Shown: positions 9,428 to 19,763, counted from the stretch's first letter. The stretch is DNA of 64,000 nucleotides from an uncultured bacterium (GCA_963736115.1 CAVTNR010000009.1:1-64000), one strand, 5' to 3'. Notes: generated by a model not told the origin, from the sequence alone. Program-made: numbers and translations.

Positions 9428-12060
9428 GGCAGAACCTCCGCCTCGAACCGCGGCCGTTCCGGCACGGGCGCGCCCACGGGCGATTCCCGCCTGCGGGTGT
9501 CGAAATAGTCGGTCTGGAAAAAGCGGTCCCGCTCCTGGTCGTCCTTTTTCTGCAGATCGGCCTTCATCTGCCGTTCGATCTGCTCGACGTCCTGCAGAAG
9601 GGCCGCAATTCGCCGGCTCAGCTCCTCCCGCTTGACACGGTGGACCTCGTCGATCTGCCGGATCATGGACGCAATCTCGGTCATGCGGCCGTCAATCTCG
9701 CTGATGCGGGAGAAATTGATGTTGCTGATGCCGTATTCGCTGAAATTGGCCCAACGGTCGATCTCGACCGCGAAGGGCTGGGGCCGGTTCTCCCGCAGCC
9801 ACACTTCGTACTGGTTGAGCCGCAGGCCGTAATCATCGAGCTCGTCCCGCCGAATCTCCATGCGGATACGGATGGACATCGGATCGCCGGACCCGGACCG
9901 GACGGACAGGCGGTCGATTCCGGCGATGGACTCGGCCGTAACGCGCTTTTCCTCGAGCACATCGGACAGGAGCGTGTCGAACAGGTAACGGAGATAGACG
10001 GACATTCCCATGCGCCGGATCATGGGATCCTGGTCGCCGAGCCTGTCCGAGGACTTCCGGTTCCGCGTCTGCAGGGCCTGAATCGCGCCGCCGCGCAGCT
10101 TTCGGATTCGGTCCAGGGTCATCCAGTTCCGGCGGTCCTGGGCGCGGGCCTCGAGGCTGTCGAGCACGCCGATTTTCCGGTCGAGCGCGTCGGTCGCCAC
10201 ATCCAGACGGCCGTCCCCGGCGCCGGGAGCCGGATCGTCCGTCGGTCCGGCCGGCACTTCACTCAGGAACCGGGAGATCCGGTTCGCTTCGGCGAACAGC
10301 GTCCGGTTCCGAGCGTTTTCCAGCGAGTCGGCGGAGGCGGCCGGAAGCGAAGCGGCCGGCCGATTGCCGACGAGCCGCACGCGCTCCATGTCCCGGAGCG
10401 CTTCGTCCGACTGCCCCAGAAGCTCCTTTGACCGCGCGGCGAGCACCTGGGCCTCGTACTGGTAGCCGGAAAAAAGCGTCTGCGTCAGCAGAGTCTCGGT
10501 GTTGCGCAGGGCTTCAACCGGCCGGCCGGAGCGGTACGCGCTCCAGGCCCGGGCCAGCAGTGTCAGGTCGTCCTTCTGAAAATCGTCATCCACCTGATTG
10601 AACAGCGTGATCGCCCGCCGGTTTTCGCCGCGCTCGTAGTAGATCAGCCCCAGCTTCAGCCGCGCATTGTTCCGGATCCGCCGGAGCACGGGGTCGCGCT
10701 CCTGATTCGACGGTCCGGACACGAGGCGGTAATACACGGCCATCGCGGAATCGTCGTTGTTCAGGTTCGAATGACACGCGGCGGACAGATACCGCGCGGG
10801 GTACGCGTACGCGGTGCCGGCCGGAACCCGCGCCAGCGCGGACAGCGCGTCCCGGAAGGCGCCGCGGTTGAAGGCCGCCAGTCCGGCGACATAGGAGGCC
10901 ACGCCAAACGGCTCGTCTTCGAGCCGGTTCCGGACGGTCAGCAGACGGTCGTACGTTTCCTGGAGCGAATCGACGCTGCCGTACGCGTACTGGATGAAGA
11001 GCTTCTTGGCCAGCGCCTTGGCGGTGTACGGGGAGAGGGGATACCGACCGGCGAGGCGTTCGCCGGTCCGGAGCGCCTCATCCAGATAATTGAGCGCGAA
11101 GGACGCTTCGGCCGCATAGTAAAGCACGTCGTCCAGTATCGGGACGCCTGGGTACGTCTCGATCACGTCGCGAAGCAGGAGACGGGACAGGACGAAATCG
11201 CCGGCCGCATAGGCCTGAAGAGCCTCGCGCAGGTCCCGCCGGAACATGCGGTCCGCCTCCTCCTGGGTCGCGGTCTTCAGCAGTTTGGTCCGGATCAGTT
11301 CCGTCCGCGTCTGCCGGAGCTTGAATTCGAGCAGGCTGTTGTATTTCCATTGGTCCAGCAGGGTTTCGGCGAGTTCAGGCATCGCCGTTCCGGAGAGGAC
11401 GGACTGCGGGGACGCGGCCTCCGTCCCGGCCGACGCAGGATCCGGTTCCGGCGGGGCTTCCCCTGTTTTCCGCGCGGAACCGGTGTCCGCGGAGGCGGTT
11501 GTTTCCACAGCCGCGGACTGCACCGCTCTTTCGAGTATGTCCCGAACTTTCCGGCGGAGGCCGGCCAGAATTTCAAGCGCGGAGAGATTGGCCCGCCGCC
11601 GGGCCGTGGATTCCAGCTTCGCGATCTCGTCAAAAAGAGACAGGACTTTTCCGACCTCTCCCGCATAAGCGTCCAGAAATAGCTGCCTGGACGAGGTCGC
11701 CGCCGGCAGGTCGAGCGCGCTCAGGTCCCGGCCCTGAGCCCTGCGGGCCTTGGCCTCCTCGAAGATGTTCCGTGACTGTACGAGAAGGGCCTTCTCCTTG
11801 GGGATCATGAGCCGGAGAAATTCCTCGTTCTTCAGCCTGAGGTAATAACGGACATCCGCAGGCCCCGCGGGATTTGCGGAAGGGCCGGCGTCCGCGCTTC
11901 CGGCCGCGGCCGGAAGCGCGCATACCGCAAGCGCCCATAAGAGACCGGCAAGGGTCGGACGAACCGTCGGCCCGAAGGCAGACGGATTTCGTCCAGCAGG
12001 CCGGACGCGGCTAACCGGTAATGATACAGGGGACGGCCCGATGACGCTGAAAATATGCAC
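9424..12060 (-). CDS. Large secreted TPR/coiled-coil protein
   Basis: TPR-like repeats (DDVLYYAAEA, LKLGLIYYERG, LARAWSAYR); start uncertain (GTG 12060); stop overlaps the next ATG. Confidence 0.75.
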   Translation of the reverse strand: MHIFSVIGPSPVSLPVSRVRPAGRNPSAFGPTVRPTLAGLLWALAVCALPAAAGSADAGPSANPAGPADVRYYLRLKNEEFLRLMIPKEKALLVQSRNIFEEAKARRAQGRDLSALDLPAATSSRQLFLDAYAGEVGKVLSLFDEIAKLESTARRRANLSALEILAGLRRKVRDILERAVQSAAVETTASADTGSARKTGEAPPEPDPASAGTEAASPQSVLSGTAMPELAETLLDQWKYNSLLEFKLRQTRTELIRTKLLKTATQEEADRMFRRDLREALQAYAAGDFVLSRLLLRDVIETYPGVPILDDVLYYAAEASFALNYLDEALRTGERLAGRYPLSPYTAKALAKKLFIQYAYGSVDSLQETYDRLLTVRNRLEDEPFGVASYVAGLAAFNRGAFRDALSALARVPAGTAYAYPARYLSAACHSNLNNDDSAMAVYYRLVSGPSNQERDPVLRRIRNNARLKLGLIYYERGENRRAITLFNQVDDDFQKDDLTLLARAWSAYRSGRPVEALRNTETLLTQTLFSGYQYEAQVLAARSKELLGQSDEALRDMERVRLVGNRPAASLPAASADSLENARNRTLFAEANRISRFLSEVPAGPTDDPAPGAGDGRLDVATDALDRKIGVLDSLEARAQDRRNWMTLDRIRKLRGGAIQALQTRNRKSSDRLGDQDPMIRRMGMSVYLRYLFDTLLSDVLEEKRVTAESIAGIDRLSVRSGSGDPMSIRIRMEIRRDELDDYGLRLNQYEVWLRENRPQPFAVEIDRWANFSEYGISNINFSRISEIDGRMTEIASMIRQIDEVHRVKREELSRRIAALLQDVEQIERQMKADLQKKDDQERDRFFQTDYFDTRRRESPVGAPVPERPRFEAEVLP

Positions 12061-12094
12061 TTGGGACGCCTTCCGGGGTTTTTTCCGATAAAAA

Positions 12095-12110
12095 AGCAAA
12101 TTGCATGCCC
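12095..12110 (-). promoter_or_regulatory. Candidate sigma54 (-24/-12) promoter
   Basis: GGGCAT-GCAAT-TTGCT with exact GG-N10-GC spacing, about 35 nt upstream of the TPR cluster. Confidence 0.55.
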
Positions 12111-12205
12111 CTGCACAAAAAAATCCCCCCTGCTGGCCGATCAGACGCCGCACGGGGGATGGGAAACCGTGGTTGAAACGGGTGGAGGAAGCGCCCGCGA
12201 TCCGC

Positions 12206-12583
12206 TCAGGAAGTTTCCTCCGAATCCCGCTCCTCTTCCTTCATGATGCACTTCCCGTTGAAAACAGCCCCTTCCTCCACCACCAGCCGCGTCGCGCGGA
12301 TGTCGCCGAGCACCACTGCCCGGGTCTCAAGCACCACCTTGCCCTGGGTCAGAATGTTGCCGCTGACCCGTCCCGCGAGAAACGCATGACGGGCATGGAT
12401 GTGGCCCTCGACCTCCCCTTCCCTGCCTATTTGAACGGTGTCGGTGGCGGTGATGTTCCCGTTGACCTTGCCGTCGACGCGCAGACTGCTCTGGACCCGC
12501 ATGTCGCCCTGTATGACGGAACCCTTGCCGACCATGGTGTTGAGCTCCCCGCCGCGGCCGAATTCGGAATTCGTTTTGCTCAC
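12206..12583 (-). CDS. Bactofilin (polymer-forming cytoskeletal protein)
   Basis: TMVGKGSVIQGD...LRVDGKVNGNI...LVVEEGAVFNGKC; SD AAGGAG before GTG 12583. Confidence 0.93.
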   Translation of the reverse strand: MSKTNSEFGRGGELNTMVGKGSVIQGDMRVQSSLRVDGKVNGNITATDTVQIGREGEVEGHIHARHAFLAGRVSGNILTQGKVVLETRAVVLGDIRATRLVVEEGAVFNGKCIMKEEERDSEETS

Positions 12584-12637
12584 AGTGTTCTCCTTCAAAA
12601 GGAAATAAGAGATGAAAAGCCCCGCAGCAGCCGGCGG

Positions 12638-13534
12638 TCACCCGTCCGGGCCGGCTCTCTCCCGCTGAGCGGCGTAGAGAAACTCTTCGGGATTGATGGA
12701 TTCCCCGTTCTTCCACAGCTCGAAATGAAGATGGGGCGCCGAGCTGATGCCCGAACTGCCGACCAGTGCGATGGGCTGGCCCTTCTTCACTTTCATGCCC
12801 TGTTCCACCAGGGACTTCTGCGCGTGCCCGTAATAGGTCAGATACCCCATGCCGTGCGAGAGAATGACGAGATTGCCGAGATCGGGGGTCCAGTCCGAAA
12901 GCAGCACCACGCCCGAACCGGCGGCCTGAATGACCGTCCCCTTCGGAGCGGCGATGTCGATGCCGCGGTGGTTGCGGCGGGTCAGGGTCCCTGATTCGCG
13001 GTAACGCGTGGTCATCACGCCGTTCACGGGAAGCCGCGTGGGCAGGTTCTCCGGATCGAACTCCGAAGTCTCCCGGCGCGAGACCAGGACCAGGGGCGCG
13101 TTGTCCACGGCCTTCGCCGCAGTCGGGGGTTCCGAGGCGACGACCGCGGTTCCGGACGGGGTCTTGCCCGAAACCGTCCCGGCGGTTTCGGTTCCGGCGG
13201 CCGGCTGTTCGCCGACGCCGAGCGTGACGCCGAAGGCTTTCCGGATCTTCTCGTCCGTCCGCCGGATGCGGGCGAATTCCTTTTCAATCTCGTCGATGCG
13301 CCGGTTGCTGGCCCTGAGGTCCGCGTTCTCCTGCGTCAGAGACCGCTTCTGCGACTCCAGCCGGGCCACCCGGTAGTAGCCGAAAAAACCCCAGAGTATG
13401 TGGAGACCGAGAAGCGCCAGAAGAACCGCCAGGATGCGGCCCTTGGCGTACGACATGGAAATGCTTTTCGGATCCGCGTCCTGATCGGGGACATAAATGA
13501 GCGAGAGATAACGCTTCCGGTTCATCTTGGGCAT
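12638..13534 (-). CDS. M23 family peptidoglycan endopeptidase
   Basis: TM helix, coiled coil, HRGIDIAA and PHLHFE motifs; start approximate. Confidence 0.93.
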   Translation of the reverse strand: MPKMNRKRYLSLIYVPDQDADPKSISMSYAKGRILAVLLALLGLHILWGFFGYYRVARLESQKRSLTQENADLRASNRRIDEIEKEFARIRRTDEKIRKAFGVTLGVGEQPAAGTETAGTVSGKTPSGTAVVASEPPTAAKAVDNAPLVLVSRRETSEFDPENLPTRLPVNGVMTTRYRESGTLTRRNHRGIDIAAPKGTVIQAAGSGVVLLSDWTPDLGNLVILSHGMGYLTYYGHAQKSLVEQGMKVKKGQPIALVGSSGISSAPHLHFELWKNGESINPEEFLYAAQRERAGPDG

Positions 13535-13539
13535 GCGGG

Positions 13540-14412
13540 TCAATCCTGAAGTCGGTCGAACAGATCGAGTATCCGGTCCAGATCATCCTGAGAAAAATAC
13601 TGGATTTCGATCCGCCCGCCCTTGCCGGACGGACGGATGCGGACCTGGGTTCCGAGGGCGGACCGGACGCGGTCTTCGGCGCCGCCGAAGAAGGAATTCC
13701 GTTTCTCGGTTTTCCCCTTCCGCTTCGTCTCCGCCGGCTCCGTCATCCGGCGGACCTCCTCCTCCACCTTGCGCACGCTCCAGCCCTTCGCCGCCGCCCG
13801 CTTCCAGACCGACATCTGGTCGGAGCGGGATGACAGGCCCATGATCGCGCGCGCGTGTCCCATCGAGATCGTTCCGTCCGCCAGGCTGGCCTGGATCGGA
13901 TCGGGAAGCTTGAGAAGCCGGAGGAAATTGGCCACCGTGGCGCGGTCCTTTCCGACCTTGCGGGCGACCTCCTCCTGGGAAAGGTGGTACTGGGCCTGCA
14001 GCTGCTCGTAGGCCTGCGCGAGTTCGACGGGATTCAGGTCCTCCCGCTGGATGTTCTCGACGAGCGCCATTTCGAGCATCTTCTCGTCGGAATCGACATC
14101 GACCACATACGCGGGAATGCGTTCAAACCCGAGTTCGGTGACGGCCCGCAGGCGGCGCTCGCCCGAGATCAGTTCGAATCCGCCGTCCACCCGGCGCACG
14201 GTGACCGGCTGGATCACGCCGTTTTCGGAGATCGACTGCTTGAGCTCCTCGATCCGGGCGGGATCGAATTTCATACGGGGCTGTCTGGGATTGGTCCGGA
14301 TCCGGGAGGTGAGAACGGTGTCAAGCCGGCCCTGATCCGCGTCCCCCTCCGTATCGGCCGATGGAATCAGCGCCTCGAGCCCCCGGCCCAGACGGTTACT
14401 TTTGCTGCTCAT
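13540..14412 (-). CDS. parB: Chromosome partitioning protein ParB/Spo0J
   Basis: LGRGLEALI, NPRQPR, GERRLRA, ENIQREDLNP. Confidence 0.96.
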   Translation of the reverse strand: MSSKSNRLGRGLEALIPSADTEGDADQGRLDTVLTSRIRTNPRQPRMKFDPARIEELKQSISENGVIQPVTVRRVDGGFELISGERRLRAVTELGFERIPAYVVDVDSDEKMLEMALVENIQREDLNPVELAQAYEQLQAQYHLSQEEVARKVGKDRATVANFLRLLKLPDPIQASLADGTISMGHARAIMGLSSRSDQMSVWKRAAAKGWSVRKVEEEVRRMTEPAETKRKGKTEKRNSFFGGAEDRVRSALGTQVRIRPSGKGGRIEIQYFSQDDLDRILDLFDRLQD

Positions 14413-15166
14413 GGGCGATCAATTCCTCGGCGAGACGGATGTAATTCTCGGCCCCGATGCTCACCGCATCGTAGAGGATGACGGGCTTCCCGAAACTGGG
14501 CGCTTCACTGAGCCGGACGTTCCGGTGAATCACCGACTGGAACACCTTGTTGCCGAAAAATTTGGTGACCTCATCCGCGACCTGGTGCGAGAGATTCAGG
14601 CGGTTGTCATACATGGTGAGCAGAACGCCCTCGATCTCCAGGTTGGGATTGAGATTCTTGCGGATCAGGTTGATCGTATTGAGAAGCTGGCCGAGACCCT
14701 CCAGCGCGTAGTATTCGCACTGGATGGGGATCAGCAGCGCGTGCGCGGCCGTCAACGCGTTCACCGTCAGCAGGCCGAGAGAGGGCGGGCAGTCGATGAA
14801 CACGTAGTCGTAATCGGCGTCCACTTCGGCGAGAATCTCCCGGAGCACCTTCTCGCGTCCGATCAGGTTGATGAGTTCAATCTCCGCGCCCACAAGACGG
14901 ATGCTCGAGGGCACGATGTCGAGATAATGAATCTGCGTGTGGACGATGGTGTCGCGGATGGACCGGTTCTTCAGGAGGACTTCATACGAGCTGTTCCGCA
15001 CCTTTTTGTGATCGATGCCCAGCCCGCTCGTGGCATTCGCCTGCGGATCGAGATCAAACAGCAGCGTGCGCCGTTCGGCCACGGACATGCAGGCGGACAG
15101 ATTGATCGCCGTGGTCGTTTTGCCCACGCCGCCTTTCTGATTGGCAATGGTGATGATCTTTGCCAA
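14396..15166 (-). CDS. parA: Chromosome partitioning ATPase ParA/Soj
   Basis: NQKGGVGKTTT, DLDPQANAT, DCPPSLG, QCEYYALEGL. Confidence 0.96.
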   Translation of the reverse strand: MAKIITIANQKGGVGKTTTAINLSACMSVAERRTLLFDLDPQANATSGLGIDHKKVRNSSYEVLLKNRSIRDTIVHTQIHYLDIVPSSIRLVGAEIELINLIGREKVLREILAEVDADYDYVFIDCPPSLGLLTVNALTAAHALLIPIQCEYYALEGLGQLLNTINLIRKNLNPNLEIEGVLLTMYDNRLNLSHQVADEVTKFFGNKVFQSVIHRNVRLSEAPSFGKPVILYDAVSIGAENYIRLAEELIAHEQQK

Positions 15167-15530
15167 AAAGCGATCTCCGGTGATTCGACTTCGGACGCGC
15201 CGGCCGGAACGGATTCCGGAACGGCCGCTGACCGAGCGGTTTTTCCCCAGCGGATATAATTCCCGGTCGCTGGAGGCCGGGAAAAATGAACAATCTAATC
15301 AATATAAGAGATTTTTCAGGTAAAATCAAGACTAAACAGGCATGGATGACGGCGGGGGGATAAAACTAATTTTATTATTTTCAGTAATATAGCGCTGGGG
15401 GCGGATGCGCAGGAGCACGATCACATCACCCAATTCCGCATCCGGCCGCTTGCAGAGCCGGTGCGGCCTTCTCCGATGGTCGGTTCGGCGCGGAAACCGG
15501 CCGGCAGTCGGTATAATCCGGCCGCGATTT

Positions 15531-15769
15531 TCAAAGGTCCGAAGCCGGCTTTTCCTTTCGCTCCCACCGGTACCGTTCAAGCCCGCTGAGCAGTCCGATA
15601 AAAGCCCCAGGCCGGTGAAAGAAAGCCGGATGACGGCGGACCCGTGAATGCGCACAGCGATCAGCTTCAGGTTGAAACCGATGACCTTCCCCAGAATCAA
15701 CCCGGTCAGCGTGTTCTGCAGAACCGGGTTTCGAATCGGTCCGGAACCGGCGTCCCGCCAACGACGCAA
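15531..15769 (-). CDS. Small two-TM protein, paralog of 15815-16096, frameshifted near 15604
   Basis: SD AGGAGG and TTG; PIRNPVLQNTLTGLILG... then shifts frame to FIGLLSGLERYRWE, matching the neighbour. Confidence 0.6.
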
Positions 15770-15814
15770 GCAGCCTCCTGTTTCCTCATCCGCAGGCACG
15801 GGGCCCGGCCCCGC

Positions 15815-16096
15815 TCAGGGGTCCAGCCCCGAGGACATCGGATAATTCTTCTCAATGATTCTCTTCCGTTTTTTCGCTTCCATGCGTTTCCGCTCGATTC
15901 CGCTGAAAAATCCGATCGCGATGCCGAAAACGAAGAAAAGGATCCAGACGATAGCCGGGCCCTTCACCTTCAGATAAAGCACCCGCAGGTTGATGCCGAC
16001 CATGATCCCGATCACAAAACCGAGAATCGTGTTCTGGACGACCGGGTTGGTGATGGGATCCCAGTTCAGGTACTTCTTTTTCCATGGATTCGTCAT
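15815..16096 (-). CDS. Small two-TM membrane protein
   Basis: SD GGGAGG, two hydrophobic helices, basic C-terminus. Confidence 0.75.
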   Translation of the reverse strand: MTNPWKKKYLNWDPITNPVVQNTILGFVIGIMVGINLRVLYLKVKGPAIVWILFFVFGIAIGFFSGIERKRMEAKKRKRIIEKNYPMSSGLDP

Positions 16097-16583
16097 TCCG
16101 CCTCCCTTGTCTGTGTTCTGTCAGCAGCCTGCGGCGAGGTCCTCGGAACTGCCGGGCCGCAGATTTGATTGCAAACTGAATTCCCGGCCTGATTTGAAAT
16201 GCCCGGATTCCCGCCTGAACCTGTTTCCGGTTCCGTTCGGAACGGTATTCCGGGGCCCGGGAGAAACCGCGGAGCTGGAGTCTTGGAGCCGGTCTTTCCG
16301 CAAGATTAACATTATCAAGCGGTTCTTATTGCGCCGCAGCCAACGGCGCCGGACCTAAGTTCCGATTATTCCGGAAAACCTTGGGTCACGGACTTGAAAA
16401 CCGGCCTTTTCATGCGAACCGGATCCTATATAATCGATGAACGCAAATAAAATGCCTGCGGGTCTCCCGGAGCCGGGCCCGGATGTGTTTAATTCTTGAA
16501 GAATTTGAAACAAATGACTGAGGTGTCCGGAGGCGGTAGGATCGCTGTGCGAAGCGGTGGTCATCCACCCGGGAGGGTTTCTG

Positions 16584-18752
16584 TCATTCCATGCCCGCAC
16601 GGCGGCGGAGAATCCACTCGAAGCACAGGAGTATCGCCATCGGAATCAGGAGCCACGGCATGTCGACGAAATTAATGCGAACAGGCGTGACGATTCTTTC
16701 GGCGACCGGCAGGGGCAGTCCTGCAAGCGGCTGAGGGTCTGCCGGATTGAGCACGGCACCGCCCGTGGCCGCGGAAATCAACCGCATCAATTCCGGACGG
16801 CTCCGGCTGTCGACCAGCTCCGGCAGAAAGGGATTCACGCGGACGGACAACGTGTCCCGTCCGATCAGACTGCCGTCCACCCGGGCCTCGGCCGTGATTC
16901 GGTGCGGGCCGGGCTCGGCCGGCCGCACGTGTCCCCTGTAAATGCCGGGTTCCGTCATCTCCAGCATTTCGATTGCGCGTCCCGAAGGGCCCTCGACGGT
17001 TACATCCACCCGGCCGCCGGCCGCGGGTCCGGATGCGGCATTCATGACCCAGACGGCAACCGGGAATGGGCGGCCCGCATCCGCGGAACCGGTTTCATCG
17101 ATGAAACGGACAGGCCGGCCGTCGTCTTTGCGGACGAGCCAGCGCACCGCATTTTCAAGAAACGGCGCGAGCACCGCATCCGCTGATCCGAGACCTGCCG
17201 TGACGAGTTCCCACCGGTAAATCCCCTCTCCCAGAACGGCCAGGCATTTTCCGGCCGCGCCGCTCCCAGCCACGATCAGTGGAAGGCCGCCGGCCGGCTC
17301 CGCGGGCCGTCCGTCCGCGGGGCCGCTTTCGACAACGGCCGCGGCCCACGGTTTCAGGTCCAGCCTGTGAGCCTGCGCCGTCACCGGCGGAAGGGACAGC
17401 CATGCCCTGCGGTTGGCGTCCGCCCCTTCCCTGAGCCGTACGGCCGGATGATCCGCTCCGGCCGCGGTCAGCCGACCGGTCACGGTCCGGCTTCCGTCAC
17501 GAATCAGAGCCGTGAACGGCAGTCTGTCCCCGAGCGCGCCCAAAGCGCCGTCGTCCTCCGCTTTCCCGGCGAACCAGGCGAAAGGAAGACGGGACGAAAG
17601 AATCGCGGCCGCCGCGTTTCTCCACGCCGGTTCCGGAAATCCAGGCGCCGGAACATGCACGAGGAACACCGCATCCGCGCCGGACAGTTCGGCCGCCGTA
17701 AAAGCCGGGCCCTCATAAAAACCGGAGCCGCCTTTCCATATCCGCGTCTCCACCCGGAAATCCCCGATGGACTCAAGACTGCGCCGGATGAATGAAAGAT
17801 CCGGACCGGGCCCGCCCGCCAGAAGCAATATGCGGAGACGTCGCTTGAGCGCCTGCACGGTCCAGAGCCGTTCGTTATTGCCGGCCGACCCATCGCCCGG
17901 CAGCCGCGTCACTTCTGCGCGAAGCGTCCAATCCCCGGGCGTTTCGGGTTTCCAGACGAACCGCGCATCCGTTTCCCGGCCGTCGGGGGGAAGGAGGACG
18001 GTCTTCGCGTCCGCCTTCCGGCCTCCGGCGTAAAGGGTGACGGTCACGGACCGTCCCCCGAAACCCCGTCCGGACACCGACACTTCGACCGGGCTCTCGG
18101 ATTCCGCGAATACGGTACGGCCGCTGAGAGCCCGGACGATCCGGATGTCGGGCGTCGGGCTCGAGTCGCCGACGCAGAGCGTATGCACCGGAACACCGAG
18201 TTCCGTGGCCGCCCGTACCGGATCGCCTCCCAGGTTGACCGCGCCGTCCGAGACGAGCAGTACGGCGGAAGGCCGCTTCTCCTCCGGAAGCGCGGCCAGC
18301 GCCCGGAAAGCGGCCGCCATGTCCGTGGCCGGTCCCCGGGCCCTGGAGGAATCGACGCCGTCCGGACCGAGGAATCGCGTCCTGTCCGAAAACAGGACGA
18401 CAGACAGGCGCCCGCCGCCGTCCGGGGACAGGAACCCACGGCCCGCGGCCGGCCTCAGGCCGGGGATGGATTGCACCGCTCTGTTCCGATCCGCATCCGC
18501 CATGGACCGGGAATCGTCAAGCAGGAGCGCGACGGACGGCTTGCGCTCCGCAGTCCGGTCGAATTCGAGAACCGGGGAAAGCAGGACGAATCCGGCGAGG
18601 GTCAGCGATGCGGACCGCGCCGCGATCAACAGACGCCGCGTTTTCTCGGAAGGACGGGGTGAGGATCTGCGGGTGGACCAGGACGCAAGACCGAAAGCCG
18701 CTGCCGCGAGGCCGGCGGCCGGAAGCAGTGTTCGAAGCAGGATGGAAATCAT
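16584..18752 (-). CDS. Membrane-anchored vWA-domain protein with Ig-like and GATase-like domains
   Basis: MIDAS LLLDDSRSM, TD and LVSDG; C-terminal TM ending EWILRRRAG. Confidence 0.8.
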   Translation of the reverse strand: MISILLRTLLPAAGLAAAAFGLASWSTRRSSPRPSEKTRRLLIAARSASLTLAGFVLLSPVLEFDRTAERKPSVALLLDDSRSMADADRNRAVQSIPGLRPAAGRGFLSPDGGGRLSVVLFSDRTRFLGPDGVDSSRARGPATDMAAAFRALAALPEEKRPSAVLLVSDGAVNLGGDPVRAATELGVPVHTLCVGDSSPTPDIRIVRALSGRTVFAESESPVEVSVSGRGFGGRSVTVTLYAGGRKADAKTVLLPPDGRETDARFVWKPETPGDWTLRAEVTRLPGDGSAGNNERLWTVQALKRRLRILLLAGGPGPDLSFIRRSLESIGDFRVETRIWKGGSGFYEGPAFTAAELSGADAVFLVHVPAPGFPEPAWRNAAAAILSSRLPFAWFAGKAEDDGALGALGDRLPFTALIRDGSRTVTGRLTAAGADHPAVRLREGADANRRAWLSLPPVTAQAHRLDLKPWAAAVVESGPADGRPAEPAGGLPLIVAGSGAAGKCLAVLGEGIYRWELVTAGLGSADAVLAPFLENAVRWLVRKDDGRPVRFIDETGSADAGRPFPVAVWVMNAASGPAAGGRVDVTVEGPSGRAIEMLEMTEPGIYRGHVRPAEPGPHRITAEARVDGSLIGRDTLSVRVNPFLPELVDSRSRPELMRLISAATGGAVLNPADPQPLAGLPLPVAERIVTPVRINFVDMPWLLIPMAILLCFEWILRRRAGME

Positions 18753-18767
18753 GGACGCGGCCGCGGT

Positions 18768-19763
18768 TTAAAAATTAAGGGACGGGGCCGGAGCGAGGGT
18801 CAGGGGCGAAGTCATGCCTGAAGAAAGCCGGCCGAGTCCGGCCGCGGCGATCATTGCGGCATTGTCCGAGCACAGATGCGGAGGCGGGAAATAGACAGCC
18901 AGGCCCAGCGGCGCCGCGTGTTCGGCCAGGCGCTGTCTCAGGGACCGGTTGAGCGCCACGCCGCCCGCAAGACACACCGACCGGACGCCGGTCCGCTCCG
19001 CAGCGGCCAGGGTTTTCCGGACCAGCACGTCCACAACCGCCCGCTGGAATCCGGCGGCGATATCAGGCAGGGTCCGGCGCGTTTCCTCCTCGCCGATCGT
19101 TCGGACATGGTTGAGCACCGCGGTCTTCACGCCGCTGAAACTGAAATCCAGGCTGTCCCCCCCGAGAAAGGCTCTCGGAAAACGGACGGCGTCCGGATCG
19201 CCGGTTTCCGCCGCGGCTTCGATCACAGGGCCTCCGGGAAAACCCAGGCCGAGCAGCTTGGCCACCTTGTCGAAGGCCTCTCCGGCGGCGTCGTCGCGCG
19301 TGCGTCCGAGAACCTCATACCGGAATCCGGACCTCACGAGGACCAGCTGCGTATGCCCTCCGGAAACGATCAGTGAGACCAGAGGAGGCTGGAGTTCCGG
19401 GGTGGCGAGAAAATTGGCGAAAAGATGCCCCTCGAGGTGATTGACGCCCACGAAGGGCAGACCGAGCGAGAGTGCCATGCCTTTGGCGGCGCTCAGGCCG
19501 ACAAGCAGGGATCCGGCGAGTCCGGGGCCGCAGGTGGCCGCGATGCCTTCGAGCGTTTCTTTCGCAATCCCGGCCTCGGCCAGCGCCTGCCGGATCACAG
19601 GGAGGATGAGGCGGACATGCTCCCGGGAGGCAAGCTCCGGGACTACGCCGCCGAAATTCCGGTGCACCAGCTGGGTGGACACGACATTCGACAGAAGCCG
19701 GCCGCCGTCCACCACGGCCGCGCCCGTGTCGTCGCAGGATGTCTCGATTCCGAGAACGATCAC
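18768..19763 (-). CDS. tsaD: tRNA N6-adenosine threonylcarbamoyltransferase
   Basis: VLGIETSCDDT, GGVVPELASREH, NHLEGH, SGGHT, DDAAGEAFDK; GTG overlaps the upstream TGA. Confidence 0.96.
   Translation of the reverse strand: MIVLGIETSCDDTGAAVVDGGRLLSNVVSTQLVHRNFGGVVPELASREHVRLILPVIRQALAEAGIAKETLEGIAATCGPGLAGSLLVGLSAAKGMALSLGLPFVGVNHLEGHLFANFLATPELQPPLVSLIVSGGHTQLVLVRSGFRYEVLGRTRDDAAGEAFDKVAKLLGLGFPGGPVIEAAAETGDPDAVRFPRAFLGGDSLDFSFSGVKTAVLNHVRTIGEEETRRTLPDIAAGFQRAVVDVLVRKTLAAAERTGVRSVCLAGGVALNRSLRQRLAEHAAPLGLAVYFPPPHLCSDNAAMIAAAGLGRLSSGMTSPLTLAPAPSLNF

Noticed and set aside
15167-16580. parS site, oriC or riboswitch near parAB
   Set aside because: No TGTTTCACGTGAAACA-like palindrome, DnaA-box cluster or recognisable aptamer seen
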